A DNA stretch of 63,683 bases, the filler included, from Folioceros fuciformis (Eukaryota), in the NCBI GenBank assembly GCA_049999805.1. It is 4 parts of 4 records of this genome, joined end to end, with 100 filler letters (N's around TTAATTAATTAA, not from the genome) between each part and the next. Parts side by side here need not be neighbours in the genome. Positions count along the whole stretch, not along the records: positions 39,156 to 54,258 come from JBNGIO010003124.1; positions 54,359 to 63,683 come from JBNGIO010003128.1; 2 more parts are not named here. One strand, given 5' to 3'. Below, piece by piece: positions 45,659 through 56,368 of the stretch (position 1 is its first letter; the number at the start of each line of letters is the position of its first letter). The translations under genes were made by a program, and so were the position numbers. The notes below the pieces were generated by a model, which worked only from the letters and a program-made list of their open reading frames with translations, was not told the DNA's origin and did not search any database.

Positions 45659-48600
45659 GGTTCAAACGCCTTTCACAACGTAGGCATAGGCGACAAAATG
45701 AATAGCGCGGTTACAGTTACCATAATGAAGGCAAAACAAAGAAAAACTGTGATAGTGCGGTGATGGATTGCTGCTAAGCTTTCACGATGCATTATCTCGC
45801 AGTTTGACTTACGGAGGCCTACATTTAATGGTCAAGCACCAAACCCGGGACAGGTGTCTCGTCTAAGCCCGGTATTGGTAATATGGATTTAACGTTGAAT
45901 ACCTGTTTATAATACGGCCAAGACTTATACAAGGCCACCTTCTCACAAACATTTTAGGCCATTAGAGTTTTCCTTCCCTCTTTCCACTTTGGTGTGCAGC
46001 CTTTCCTTCCCTCTTTGCATTTTGGTGTGCAACCTTTCTCTTCCCTCTTTGTATTTTGCAATAGTATAGGATTTTTATCCATATAATTATGGATTATTTA
46101 TTTATTTTCTATGAGATACACTCCTCCTCCTCGTTTAAAATTATCTAGAATGATGTCATCTTCTTCCCTATTTGATCATTCTTTTTTCTCCCAATGATCC
46201 CTTATTTTTGAATTATGTTATGATTGTTATTTTTATATCTATGATGACTATAGCAATTGAAGAGGACAATACATGGCTCCAACATAGAGCCTGGTGGAAA
46301 TATCCTCGTCAAACAATATTATGGAGATATCCTCGTCAAACAATATTATGGAGATATCCTTGTCAAACAATATTATGGAGGGATGTTCACATGACAGCTT
46401 GGCATAGGGACGGGGGGAGAGTTCATGATGCTCAATGGCGATTTGCTTACAGAATGTCTTATCCCAATTTCATTTCATTGGTTAGTTTACTACATTCTCA
46501 CATTATTTTGTCTTCTTTACAGAAACCTTTACACGTAGATCATGCAATGGTTAGTTTGCTACAGTCTCACATTATTTTGTCTTCTTTATAGGAACCTTTA
46601 CAAGTAGATCATGCAGTGACAATGGTGCTTCACCGCCTTGCTCGTGGTTTGTCGCCACATATTATTGCTGATATGTACGGAGTTGGTGCAGCTACAGTGG
46701 TACAATACACTTTATACATTACTAAAGTGTTGAAAAATCCATAATAAAATTACAAATTATTCTCACATTTTATCACATGGTCTTCCCAACATAGGCAACA
46801 AGTTATTTCAACCAAGTTTCAAACTCTTACAGGGATACCTAACATGGTCGAGTGTATTGATGGATCTCATATCAAGTTAGCCCAACAACCTGATAAGAAA
46901 GATAACCCAGTTGGTGTCGGCATGACATACATTCTATTGTGTTGCAAGGTATTTGTGATGTAGACAAATTCGTTCTAGATATGTGTTGCACATATCCTGG
47001 AGGAGTACATGATGCAACAACATTGAAGGAAAGTAGTGTATGGAAAAGGACGATGGATGGCAAGATTTTGACTGAGCCAAGATTATAAGTTGAAGGAAGG
47101 ATTGTGACCCCTTACATGGTCGGGGATAGCGCATATCCACTTATGCCATTTTTATTGAAACCTTATAATTCAACAAGTAGGCAGGAAGACAAGGCCGTGT
47201 TCAACAGGAACATGCGTCAAGGGCAGGTGAAGATTAAAAATGCATATGCCTTGTTGAAGAACAAGTGGAGAATTTTGAAGAACTGGAATGTGCGTTTGAA
47301 GTATCCTTCTAAAGTTGTGATTGCATGTTGTGGTCTACACAACTTTTGCATTATGGTGAAAGAGCCACAACCTAGGGACATTAATACAGATCTATATCAA
47401 TTACATGAAGAGGGACATGTCAATTTGTGGCAATGTGTCTCCAATTGAATATTGTACAATGAAGCCAAGAAACAAAGGAATGCATTGTTTAACCATTGGA
47501 AAGCCTCAAATATTGAGCGAAATTAAGTTTATAAAGAATTTAAGTTTGCTTCAAATTCAAGTTATCTTTTTATTACAAAAAAAAATATTTGATTTAATAA
47601 TAATATTCATAAATACATGGATATTTTCGAAGACACAAAACTCTAGTGTCCATTGCAGACCCACAAGCTAAAGCCTCTCAAGTGCTCTCATATGTATTGA
47701 TAAGTAGAAATTGCAAGGCTCTCACAAATATGTGTGTAAACTTCAAAATGGAAACGAGCATAAACAGGGCTGGCATATACTCATAAGTAGGAATTGAAAG
47801 GCTCCCATAAGCATGCATACAAACTTCAAAACGGAAACAGCATAGACAGGCCTGGTATAAACTTGTAAGTAGAAATTGTGAGAAACAAACATGCATATAA
47901 ACTTCAAAATGAAAGCATATAGGCATATACTCGTAAGGAGAAATTAGAAGGCTTCACAAGCATGCATGCAAACCTTAAAATGGAACACAAGTTCCTGTCA
48001 TCAAGGCTCTCTCTGTCCTGCCTTTGCTTTCTTAGGAGACCTCCTTGTAGCTAAGGCTTCTACCATGCGAACCTAGTTCTCCATCTAAATTTGCTCTCTC
48101 CTAATGTCATGTTCTAACATAAGCTTTTGCATCTCCAACTGGTTCTTCCTCTCATGTTCTAAGAGTAGCTTCTGCAACTGTAATTGATTTGATATTTTGG
48201 CAGACTCAATAGTAGCTAAACTTTGAGCAAAGAAGTAAGCCCGTTGATCAGTTGGTTTCCAAGGCCTATAGAAGACCGTCTTCTCTTCATACTTCTTCCT
48301 TGCATAGAGTCAAGGAACTCCTTGCTATGTCAACTAGGGGATTCCTCCCTATCTTCTTCTTAAGATTCACTGCCAAAACAAGTTCACATCTGTCTACATC
48401 ACATGCATGCAAAAGGGATCACACATGAAGGGTCCCAGAAAAACACAAGGTGTATAGCCTATACCTAGGAGGAGGGGCTGTTGGTAGTGGCCTTGGTAAA
48501 CTCATAGTGTCTGATGCAAGAAATGGAGAGCTTGGACAAGAAGGTGGCACCTTAGAGTTGTCCTTAGTGCCCTCAGTGTTAGTATCATGCAAGTCAGATT

Positions 48601-48762
48601 AAGGAGTGCTGGAATCACTCTCTGGAACGATGCTAACCCCACTCCTTGGATCTTAAGCGTTAGGAATATCTACAAACTTGGGGTTGCCTTCACAAATAGA
48701 AGCCATAGCTTGAAAATGAGGCCAAGTAGAATTCACCTGACCTATGCTTGGAGTTTGAATCT
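45659..48762 (+). mobile_element. PIF/Harbinger copy 2 (transposase pseudogene ~46150-47510 on +, Myb/SANT ORF on -, interrupted by a LINE)
   Basis: Terminus ggttcaaacgcctttcacaacg. DDE motifs MVECIDGSHI, SIVLQGICD, PGGVHDATTL, YMVGDSAYPL, IKNAYALLKNKWRIL, CCGLHNFC. Minus-strand VNSTWPHFQAMASI matches the Myb ORF of copy 1. Confidence 0.92.
47700..47985. repeat. Degenerate ~75-85-bp tandem repeats between the two Harbinger ORFs
   Basis: Recurrent aaacttcaaaatggaaac...taagtagaaattg...gcatgcata blocks. Confidence 0.7.
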
Positions 48763-51575
48763 CTCGAATCCTTGCAAACAAGGTTCCAAGGGAAGATGCG
48801 CCGCCAAGAAGCGTTCTTCCGATGGAAGGACTGGGCGCTAGGTGGTGTGCAAGCCATGGCTTGACGGAGGTTTGACGGTCGGTGGAAGCAATGAGCCCCC
48901 CGCGGGGGAACTTGACAGTCCCCACATGGGCTGAACTGGCTAGTATCTGCACAAGCGTGCAGAATAGACAGAAGCCTAACACAGGAGAGGATGCAACTAA
49001 TCTGGACGGGCTTAGGTGGAAGAAAACAGTGCCTAAGAAGGAGGCTCAAGTACGGAATCTTGAGAACGACACCGCTTGTGGGAGGTCAAATGAGGATGCA
49101 AGTACAGAATCTACCTCGACTCTGGCGAATGAGGAGGCCGGCATCCAGCTTGGTCCTTTAGTGGACATCCTTACCGAGGAGCGCTTTTTTCAGCATGAGG
49201 AGATTAGACTGTCCGGTAGTTCACGGGTGGGGTGACTTTCTGCTGGAGGGCCGCCTTCTGTAGGCGAGTTGGAGGAATGGGTTGCCTCAGTCATAGGGTG
49301 TCCCCCCGCTTACGTCTTCCTGCAGGACAACGGCTCTTTTCAGGTGAAATGTGACGAAGCTGCTGAGGCCCTTGTGCGATTGCAAACAACACATCCTTTC
49401 AGAGGCTCAACCCCGGTGATGGTTGAGGCTTGGTCTCTCGGCAACACACTCATGCAGTCCCAAATCAAGCGTCACTTTGTCTGGGTGCGGCTACCTGCAT
49501 TACCAGTGCAACTTATTCCACTAATCAACAGGATGCTGGAAACCATTGGACGGGTGGTTGAGGTGCCACAGGTGGACTCCCGGTTTTTTGATAGAAACAA
49601 GCCTCCCCGCTTCAATGTAAGAGCAGATAACCTCTCCTCGTTGCCCGCTGGGGTGGTGGTTCGTGATCCGGCAGACTCCTCAAAGAGCTACACACAGCTT
49701 TTCGAGTACCCTGGTCTTCCTGTTAAATGCGGAGTATGTGGCCTGACTAACCATCTTAAGCGAGATTGTCCGCTTCGCTCAAGTGCAGAGGCAAGAGTGT
49801 CAACTCTGAGAAGACACAATCTGAACTCCTACCGGGGTTTCAAGGTATTCAGAAGAAGCCTTGGAGAGCTAACTTGGCTACAAAGAGGTGGGCTCGCTGA
49901 ATCTAGGAAAACTTCTTCCCGAGGCTTGTTGACGCAACCATCACCTACGTGAAAATATGTGTCATCATGAGGAAGAAGGTGGAGAATACCTTCTACTATT
50001 GGATGCCGAAAAGGGAGGAGTTGCAGGCCTTACCTACTCGGTCACTACAGCTAGGAGTCGCAGAGGAAGTTCCTATGGCTGAGCTGTGGGAGATTGTCAG
50101 GCTGAGGGCCATGAGTATTGTACAAGAGGGTCTGGATGCGGGGGAAGTGTACGCAAGCAAACTTTTAAAGGAGGCTAGGTTCAGCGCAATCTGTCACAGA
50201 GTCGAAGTTTCCTCGGCGATTCTATACTTCACCACACTACTAGACTTGGGGAGGGAGAGTCGGATCCCGATCTCCAACAACCCGTAGTGGATGGGGGAGT
50301 CGAAGGTGCTTGCCTTAGTCAAGGATGCTAAGTTCGGTAGAGGCCGGGTCACTCTTGCCACCAGAATAGCGTTTAAGGGTCATTTGGGCTTCTTAGGATT
50401 GCTCACCTTGCCGATCACAATTAAGATTCCAGGGGAGTGGGAACTCAAATGGAAGGAGGATATGGAGGAGGACCGAGCTGTGCCGATGGATGTCGAGACT
50501 CGTGAAGAGGTTCCCTCCCATCATGCGGGTCTGCAAGGAGGTCTGGACCCGCAGGAGCAGGTGCAAGTTGTCTTGAAACCAAGACTTGACATGGAATCCG
50601 AACGGAAGCTGTCGGCAGGTGCAAAAGCGGTGCGGGGCGGAACCACTCCTCAACAAAAACTCACAGGTGACTTCAATGTTGGGCTGGTAGGGGGCAAGAT
50701 GTCTAAGGATGCATGCCGAGAGCCAACAGGTCTACATAAGAGCACCACCTCCTCATCACCGGAAGCAAGTCCAGACAACTTCCAAAAGTCTGGCTCTCGT
50801 CTCGCAAATTTGTAGCGAACAGGCGTAGGAGTCAAGGAGCTGGAACGCTCAGTGAGAGCTAAGAAGGTTCCAGGCGGTAAGAACCATAAGGGTGCAAGGG
50901 CAAGGAAGAAAGAGAGGCTAGGTGATCCTCTGCTGTGCAAGGTGCAGGACAGAGGTTCCTCAGTCTGCAAGGACCCCGTAGCTGGTGCTTCTTCCTGCAG
51001 CGAAGACGTGACTAGAATTCTTACTAGCCACCTGTCTGGCCGTCCAGGGAGCATGCATGTCTGGACAGGACGAGCTCGAAGGCTGGAGGTGGGGTGAGCA
51101 GCTGGCATACCCCTTTTAACGAGGAAGGCATGGAGCGGATTTCTTCTCAGCAGGAAGGTGAACATGAGGACCTTGGGTGTGCCCCCCTTCAGGTGGTACA
51201 GCGGGTGTCGGACCCTAAGCAGGAAATCCTTTCCCCTGGGCAAGATTTGGCCCGCCACCTACCCGGTGGGGCGCCTAATGAGCTGTTGGATGGAACGCTT
51301 GGCAGTGCTACACTCCCCCATTCTGGGGAAGGAATTTGCGCGGACCAAAGCAACGAGGTTGCCCCTGAGTCTGGGGGCACTGGATGGTGTGAATCGCAAC
51401 CGGGTGGTGTGGGGGATGGTGAAGAGCAGCCCTTGCATCGGCTCCAGTTCTCGTCTTTGGAATAGCAGGGACCCCCTAGGCTTGATGGATGAGGAACAAT
51501 TTTGGGCGGTGGAAGTGCTGTGCAACTCAGCGATTTCGGCGATCCTTTGTAGCGTAAAAAGGATCGATAGGCTAG
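48763..51575 (+). mobile_element. L1-type LINE, 5' part (ORF1: DUF4283-like RRM, CCHC knuckle, long extension), degenerate
   Basis: ORF 49269-49952: VFLQDNGSFQVKC, PVMVEAWS, VWVRLPALPVQL..LETIGRVV, FEYPGLPVKCGVCGLTNHLKRDCP. Continues through stops and frameshifts. Cut by a Copia LTR before any ORF2. Confidence 0.85.
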
Positions 51576-54258
51576 CGTAGGAAAGAAGCACAAATGAGTG
51601 AGAATTAATTAATATGTGTGAGTAAGGCCTTTTATGGCCGTGTCCCGTGAACCTGTACGATGGTTGACGGGTAACAATTTGTAAGGGCACGTTTCGTGCT
51701 CGTTCGTATTACGTGTGTATGCTTAACCTAAATCTACGCTTAATAACGAGAAGCGGGCTATCCTAGGGCAACCATCTCTCGGTACCCCCACTTAGACTGC
51801 ATTCCCGTCGTTGTGAACTCACTTGCGCCGTAATCTCCGGCCGTCCTCAGCTTTTGCACACACTCCGTCTGCAGAACGGATTGCAGCTATGCTGAGTGTT
51901 GGCGGCCTTTCTCACTTGGATGGAAGCTTTGTCCTTTTGCTCTTGCTTGCACTGCTGGTTGGCGTCGCTCTCTAGGAACAAAAACGATTTGCCGAGAGGT
52001 ATCTGGTGCCCCAGAGGACTCGCAGGTCTTCAGTGCAAGACAAGGAGGAGCGGCTTCTTCAAAGGATGAGATCACTACATGGAGAGTTGCGGCAGCTCGA
52101 GGGGTTGCCTTCTTGTTTTGATGCAGAAGACTTCCGCAAGCTGTCGCCGTGTCCGGGTCTCGCAATGATTCTTGAGTCCGCTCACAGTGATGCAGAGGGT
52201 AACCTGGTCTTCAGGTACGCTCCCTTTTGGAGGTGCCCTGAAGCGGCGGCAGAGATGGTAGGCTTGTAGTTGATTTACCTGTACACGCACAAGAGTGAAG
52301 CAAGGTAGCAATTCCCTTGTGTGTCCATCTGCCCCCACTGTTTGTGACAAGGCTAACCCTCAGTGAGGGTGCGTGCTCGTGCTGTGCAGCTGTGCAGGTG
52401 TCAAAAGCTTGCTTGAGTGCCAAGCCCCAAACCCTTGCAGTGAGCGGTGTGACGGTCCTTTGGAAGTGGCTTCGTGAGTAAATCTGCTAAATTATGCTCT
52501 GTGGGTACATATACTAGATCGATTTCCCTAGAGGCTACAGTCTGCCTAATGTAGTGCTGCTTGACAGCTATGTGTCGGGTCCATCAATGATGCACTGGAT
52601 TTCTGGACAAGGCTATGGCTGACTGGTTGTCACAGTATACAGTAGTAGCTCCGGGTTGAGGAAAACCCACAGATGCCATGAACGCCTAGGCGGTTGTAAA
52701 CAGTTTCTTGAGCAACTGCAGTTGCAGCTGTATATTCCGCCTCTGTACTGGATAGGGCTACAACTGTCTGCTTCTTCGATGTCCAGTTGACCACACCTCC
52801 ACTTAGCATGGTACAGTTGGTAGTGATGGACTGCTTGGAATCCTCATCTCTTGCCCAGTCTGAATCCGAGTAGCAGATAAGTAACGGGAACTTCCCTTGT
52901 GATTTATAGCTAATGCCAACGTGTTGAGTGCCTTTCAGGTAGCGAAGGACTCTTTTGACACCTGTCCAGTGGGCATTGCCAGGATTGGCGAGAAACCTTG
53001 AAAATATTCTGGTTGTTGGAGACACATCCGGTCTTGTCCACCCACTGATCCAGATAAGGCACCCTGTGAGCATGCTGTATGGCTTCTTTGCCATTTCCTG
53101 CATTTCTGCTTCAGTCTTTGGACTTTGATCAACAGAGTATTTTTCTCTTACCGCCATGGGAGTGATGGCAGTTTTGCAATTTGTCATCATGAACGTTTCT
53201 AGCATTTGCCTTACATAATGTGCCTGATGGCAAAATATGCTTCCCTTATCAGGACTAATGCAAATCTGTATGCCTAGAAAGAAGGTGAGCTGTCCAAGAT
53301 CTGTCATGGAGACCTCGGCCATGAGAATTGACTTAACCTTCTTCATAATTCCTAGGGAGTTAGCAAAGATCAGCGCGTCATCAATGTACAAAGCTAAGAT
53401 TGCAAACTCCTGCCCATTTCTGTAGATGTACACATTTGTGTCAGCATCACTTTGGACGAACCCTGACTTGAGTAGATAGTCATGGATTTTCTGGTACCAT
53501 ACTCTTGGTGCCTGCTTCAAGCCGTACAGGCTTTTCTTAAGCCTGCAAACCTTATGTGGTTCAGTTTTGCTGACGTAGCCCTCAAGTTGCGTGATATACA
53601 TCTCCTCCTCGATTGTGCCATGCAGGAAGGCGGTTTTAACATCCATGTGCTGGATGTCCAGCTTGTGTTCAGCAACCAAGGCAAACTGCATTCTGACTGA
53701 AGATGTCTGTACCACAAGTGAGGAGGTTTCGTTGAAATCTAACCCTTCAATCTGCTTGTAACCATGGACTACGTATCTAGCCTTGTATTTGGCTACCGAC
53801 CCATCTGGATTCAGCTTCTTCTTAAACACCCACTTTTCTGTAAGTGCCTTACGCCCTGGAGGCAGATCGACCAGTTCCCACGTGTTGTTATGTATGAGAG
53901 ACTGGTATTCAGAGTCGACGCCAGCTTTCCAGAGTTTGCCTTCAGGGGAGGACAACGCCTCCTTTAACGTGGCTGGCTCCCCAAGGTCCTGTGCAGCTAA
54001 CAGGGCCTGGGCAACATAATTGTGTGGTGTGCTCGACTCGTGAGGTAAGGGATTGGCTAGACTGGCAGTAAGGTGCGCTTGTTGCTGCCAAAATTCTTCA
54101 TCCAGTTCATAGCTTAGAGGCTTGTGTGTCCACTGACTTGTGTCTGTGGTATGACTCCTACCAGATCGTCTAGGTGCTTGTGGCTCAGGAGCAGACTCTT
54201 CTACATCCTCGGATGCATGTTCCTCATCATTCTCCTCAGGTTCTGGTGAGGGCGAAGA
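51576..54258 (-). mobile_element. Ty1/Copia element (third family), 3' part
   Basis: ORF 52630-53955: WELVDLPPGRKALTEKWVFKKK, YKARYV, HMDVKTAFLHG, LYIDD, YSDSDWA, LSSTEAEY. The frameshifted RNase H end runs to ~52450. PPT-like (minus strand ctaagtggggg) at ~51785-51795. LTR ~51576-51784, ends imperfect. Confidence 0.9.
51889..52269 (+). pseudogene. Antisense accessory ORF of the third Copia family (TM segment + coiled coil; one in-frame TAG)
   Basis: ATG 51889: MLSVGGLSHLDGSFVLLLLLALLVGVAL*EQKRFAERYLVPQRTRRSSVQDKEERLLQRMRSLHGELRQLEG...EMVGL*. Followed by a plus-strand intron candidate at 52305-52397. Confidence 0.55.
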
Positions 54259-54358
54259 NNNNNNNNNNNNNNNNNNNNNNNNNNNNNNNNNNNNNNNNNN
54301 NNTTAATTAATTAANNNNNNNNNNNNNNNNNNNNNNNNNNNNNNNNNNNNNNNNNNNN
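54259..54358. other. Artificial contig-join spacer
   Basis: 44 N + TTAATTAATTAA + 44 N. Confidence 0.97.
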
Positions 54359-55647
54359 CTTTTTCAACTTGATTGGTGTCCTTTCAATTTCTAGCTCACG
54401 ACTCTCCTATCCCTTCTTGCAAATTTATCAGAAAATTACTGGGTAGGGAGGCCGGGCAATGCCCGCTAAAATTCACAAGATCGTGTGGCGATGCCCATCA
54501 ACTATGGGGCCATTGCACAATTCCAAATTCTCGCTAAACTGCTTCACCAACGCATCCAATTGCTGTTTAATGGCATTGATTTCCAAGAAGATCTGTCCCG
54601 TAAGTGCCTGATTACGAGTTGTGTGTCGAAACAGCGACACTTGCAAATCTCCTAAGGTAATAACAGGTTCGTCATAAATCTCATTAAGCAGAAATCGCTG
54701 AGATGCCTCCTCTGCTTGATTGACTTGGCTGTAAGGTTGCTCACAGCCCTCTATTGTTTGTGAATTCCTTCTATCCTATGATACCCTAAACCTGTTAATT
54801 ATGGCAGGGTAATCCGGAGGTGTAGAAGGCCGATTGCGCCGCGGAACCTGTGACCGAGCAGGAGTTCTATGCAAAGAAGGTGATCGTGATAGTCAGCCTG
54901 TGCGCCTTTGGCAATCCCTGTCTCTGATATATCTATCAGTGATAAAATTGAAGAAGCTCATGTTCGCGGGCACATGGTTCCTATTGTGGCGAGGCATTTT
55001 CCAACGTAGGAAATGTATGCATGTCTCTCTTAGCAATGCAGCGGAAGATAGATTATACCACGCTCTGATACCATGACAATATTGCTTAGAGAGAACAACA
55101 AACTTGAATAATGAATAATGTATATATGATTACAAAGTGTTGGTCTTAAATACTAAACCCTAAGTAACATGTCTAACCCTAGTTTAGGTAACCTAGCGAC
55201 CGTGGTTACTATAATAAACTATGGGGTTTAACAACCCCTTCATTGGCTCCTCTCCCTCTAGCATGTCTAGTGCCACCCCTTGATGGCCCTGCTCTTTTAG
55301 ATCAACCCCTCACTCGTGCCACATGTTCCTGCTCGAGCAGAGGAAATGAAAAATTGCGGAGAGCAGTTTGGTGCAACAGAACTTGACACAAAATAATGAG
55401 AGATTTTTTTTTTTGAATCTGTGTATTGTTTAAATACTAAACCCTAAAACGGTTCACTTAATGTAACCCTAAGTTTTTTATCCTAATGTTGGCTTTATTT
55501 CCAACACTCCCTCTAAAGTAACTTTAGGTATTTAACGTGTATTTCCACAACGAGTAGCAACCACCTTCTTGTTCAACACCACCACGGAACGGGATCCCTC
55601 CACACAGAACGGCTTAGCCCAAACCCCAGCGTAAAACCCCTACGTGA

Positions 55648-56145
55648 ATGATGGACTACGTCCTCGTGCAAGTGTTTGCCACCGCCAACATCTCCCTCGC
55701 CTTCCTGGCTGCGATCAAGCTCAACTGCCACGCCCGAGATCGCCTTGCAGAGATGCAGACGCGCAGTGGCAAAGTCTATGTCGCCTCAGAGAAGACGCTA
55801 AGGAGAAGAAGGACACAACCGGCACCCAGCACAACACCGAGAGAGGAGGAGGCCCAGGGAAAACTGCGATGGATCAGGTGTGGGTCATTGGAGGAGCTTG
55901 CACGGTTCATGAAAAGCTGCCCAATCAACCCTGGACCTGTTCCAGGGACAGCCCAGGCACCTTGGGAAGAAGGACCCGCACCCCAGCAGCTTGACTTCCG
56001 CTTCTCGGAGCTTGCGCTGCTTGCCCTAATCGCGCAGCTGCGTTTAGCCACCGACATGGTCACGGAGCAGGAGCATATCCTTGCTGCTGGAAAAGGGCCT
56101 GCGCCAATTAATGACGAAGAGCAGGATGTGAAGCCATCTTTGTAG
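55648..56145 (+). CDS. Antisense accessory ORF of Copia copy B (165 aa)
   Basis: Open from ATG 55648 (MMDYVLVQVFATANISLAFLAAIKL...) through MQTRSGK...DVKPSL. Homologous to 24368-24760. Intron candidate at 56180-56282. Confidence 0.65.
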   Translation: MMDYVLVQVFATANISLAFLAAIKLNCHARDRLAEMQTRSGKVYVASEKTLRRRRTQPAPSTTPREEEAQGKLRWIRCGSLEELARFMKSCPINPGPVPGTAQAPWEEGPAPQQLDFRFSELALLALIAQLRLATDMVTEQEHILAAGKGPAPINDEEQDVKPSL

Positions 56146-56368
56146 AGGGCGCTATACTGCAGGAAGATTAAGTACTAAGGTAAGCTTCATCCTTCGTGCA
56201 GCACAGCATTGGTTGCTCCCTCTGTTTCTTCATGGACTGACGCCGCAGCTGACCTAACTGTGTGTGTGTGAGGCATGTGCAGTTATTTGTGTCTGCGAAG
56301 AGGTTGAAGGCACCACTCAGCAACACCTAGGGAACCTTCGGGTTCCCGCCCCAACCTACACAGATAAG

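Noticed and set aside
51576-55346. Treating the 51576-54258 Copia and the PBS/LTR at 55062-55346 as one element
   Set aside because: The two LTR sequences do not match and an artificial join separates them.
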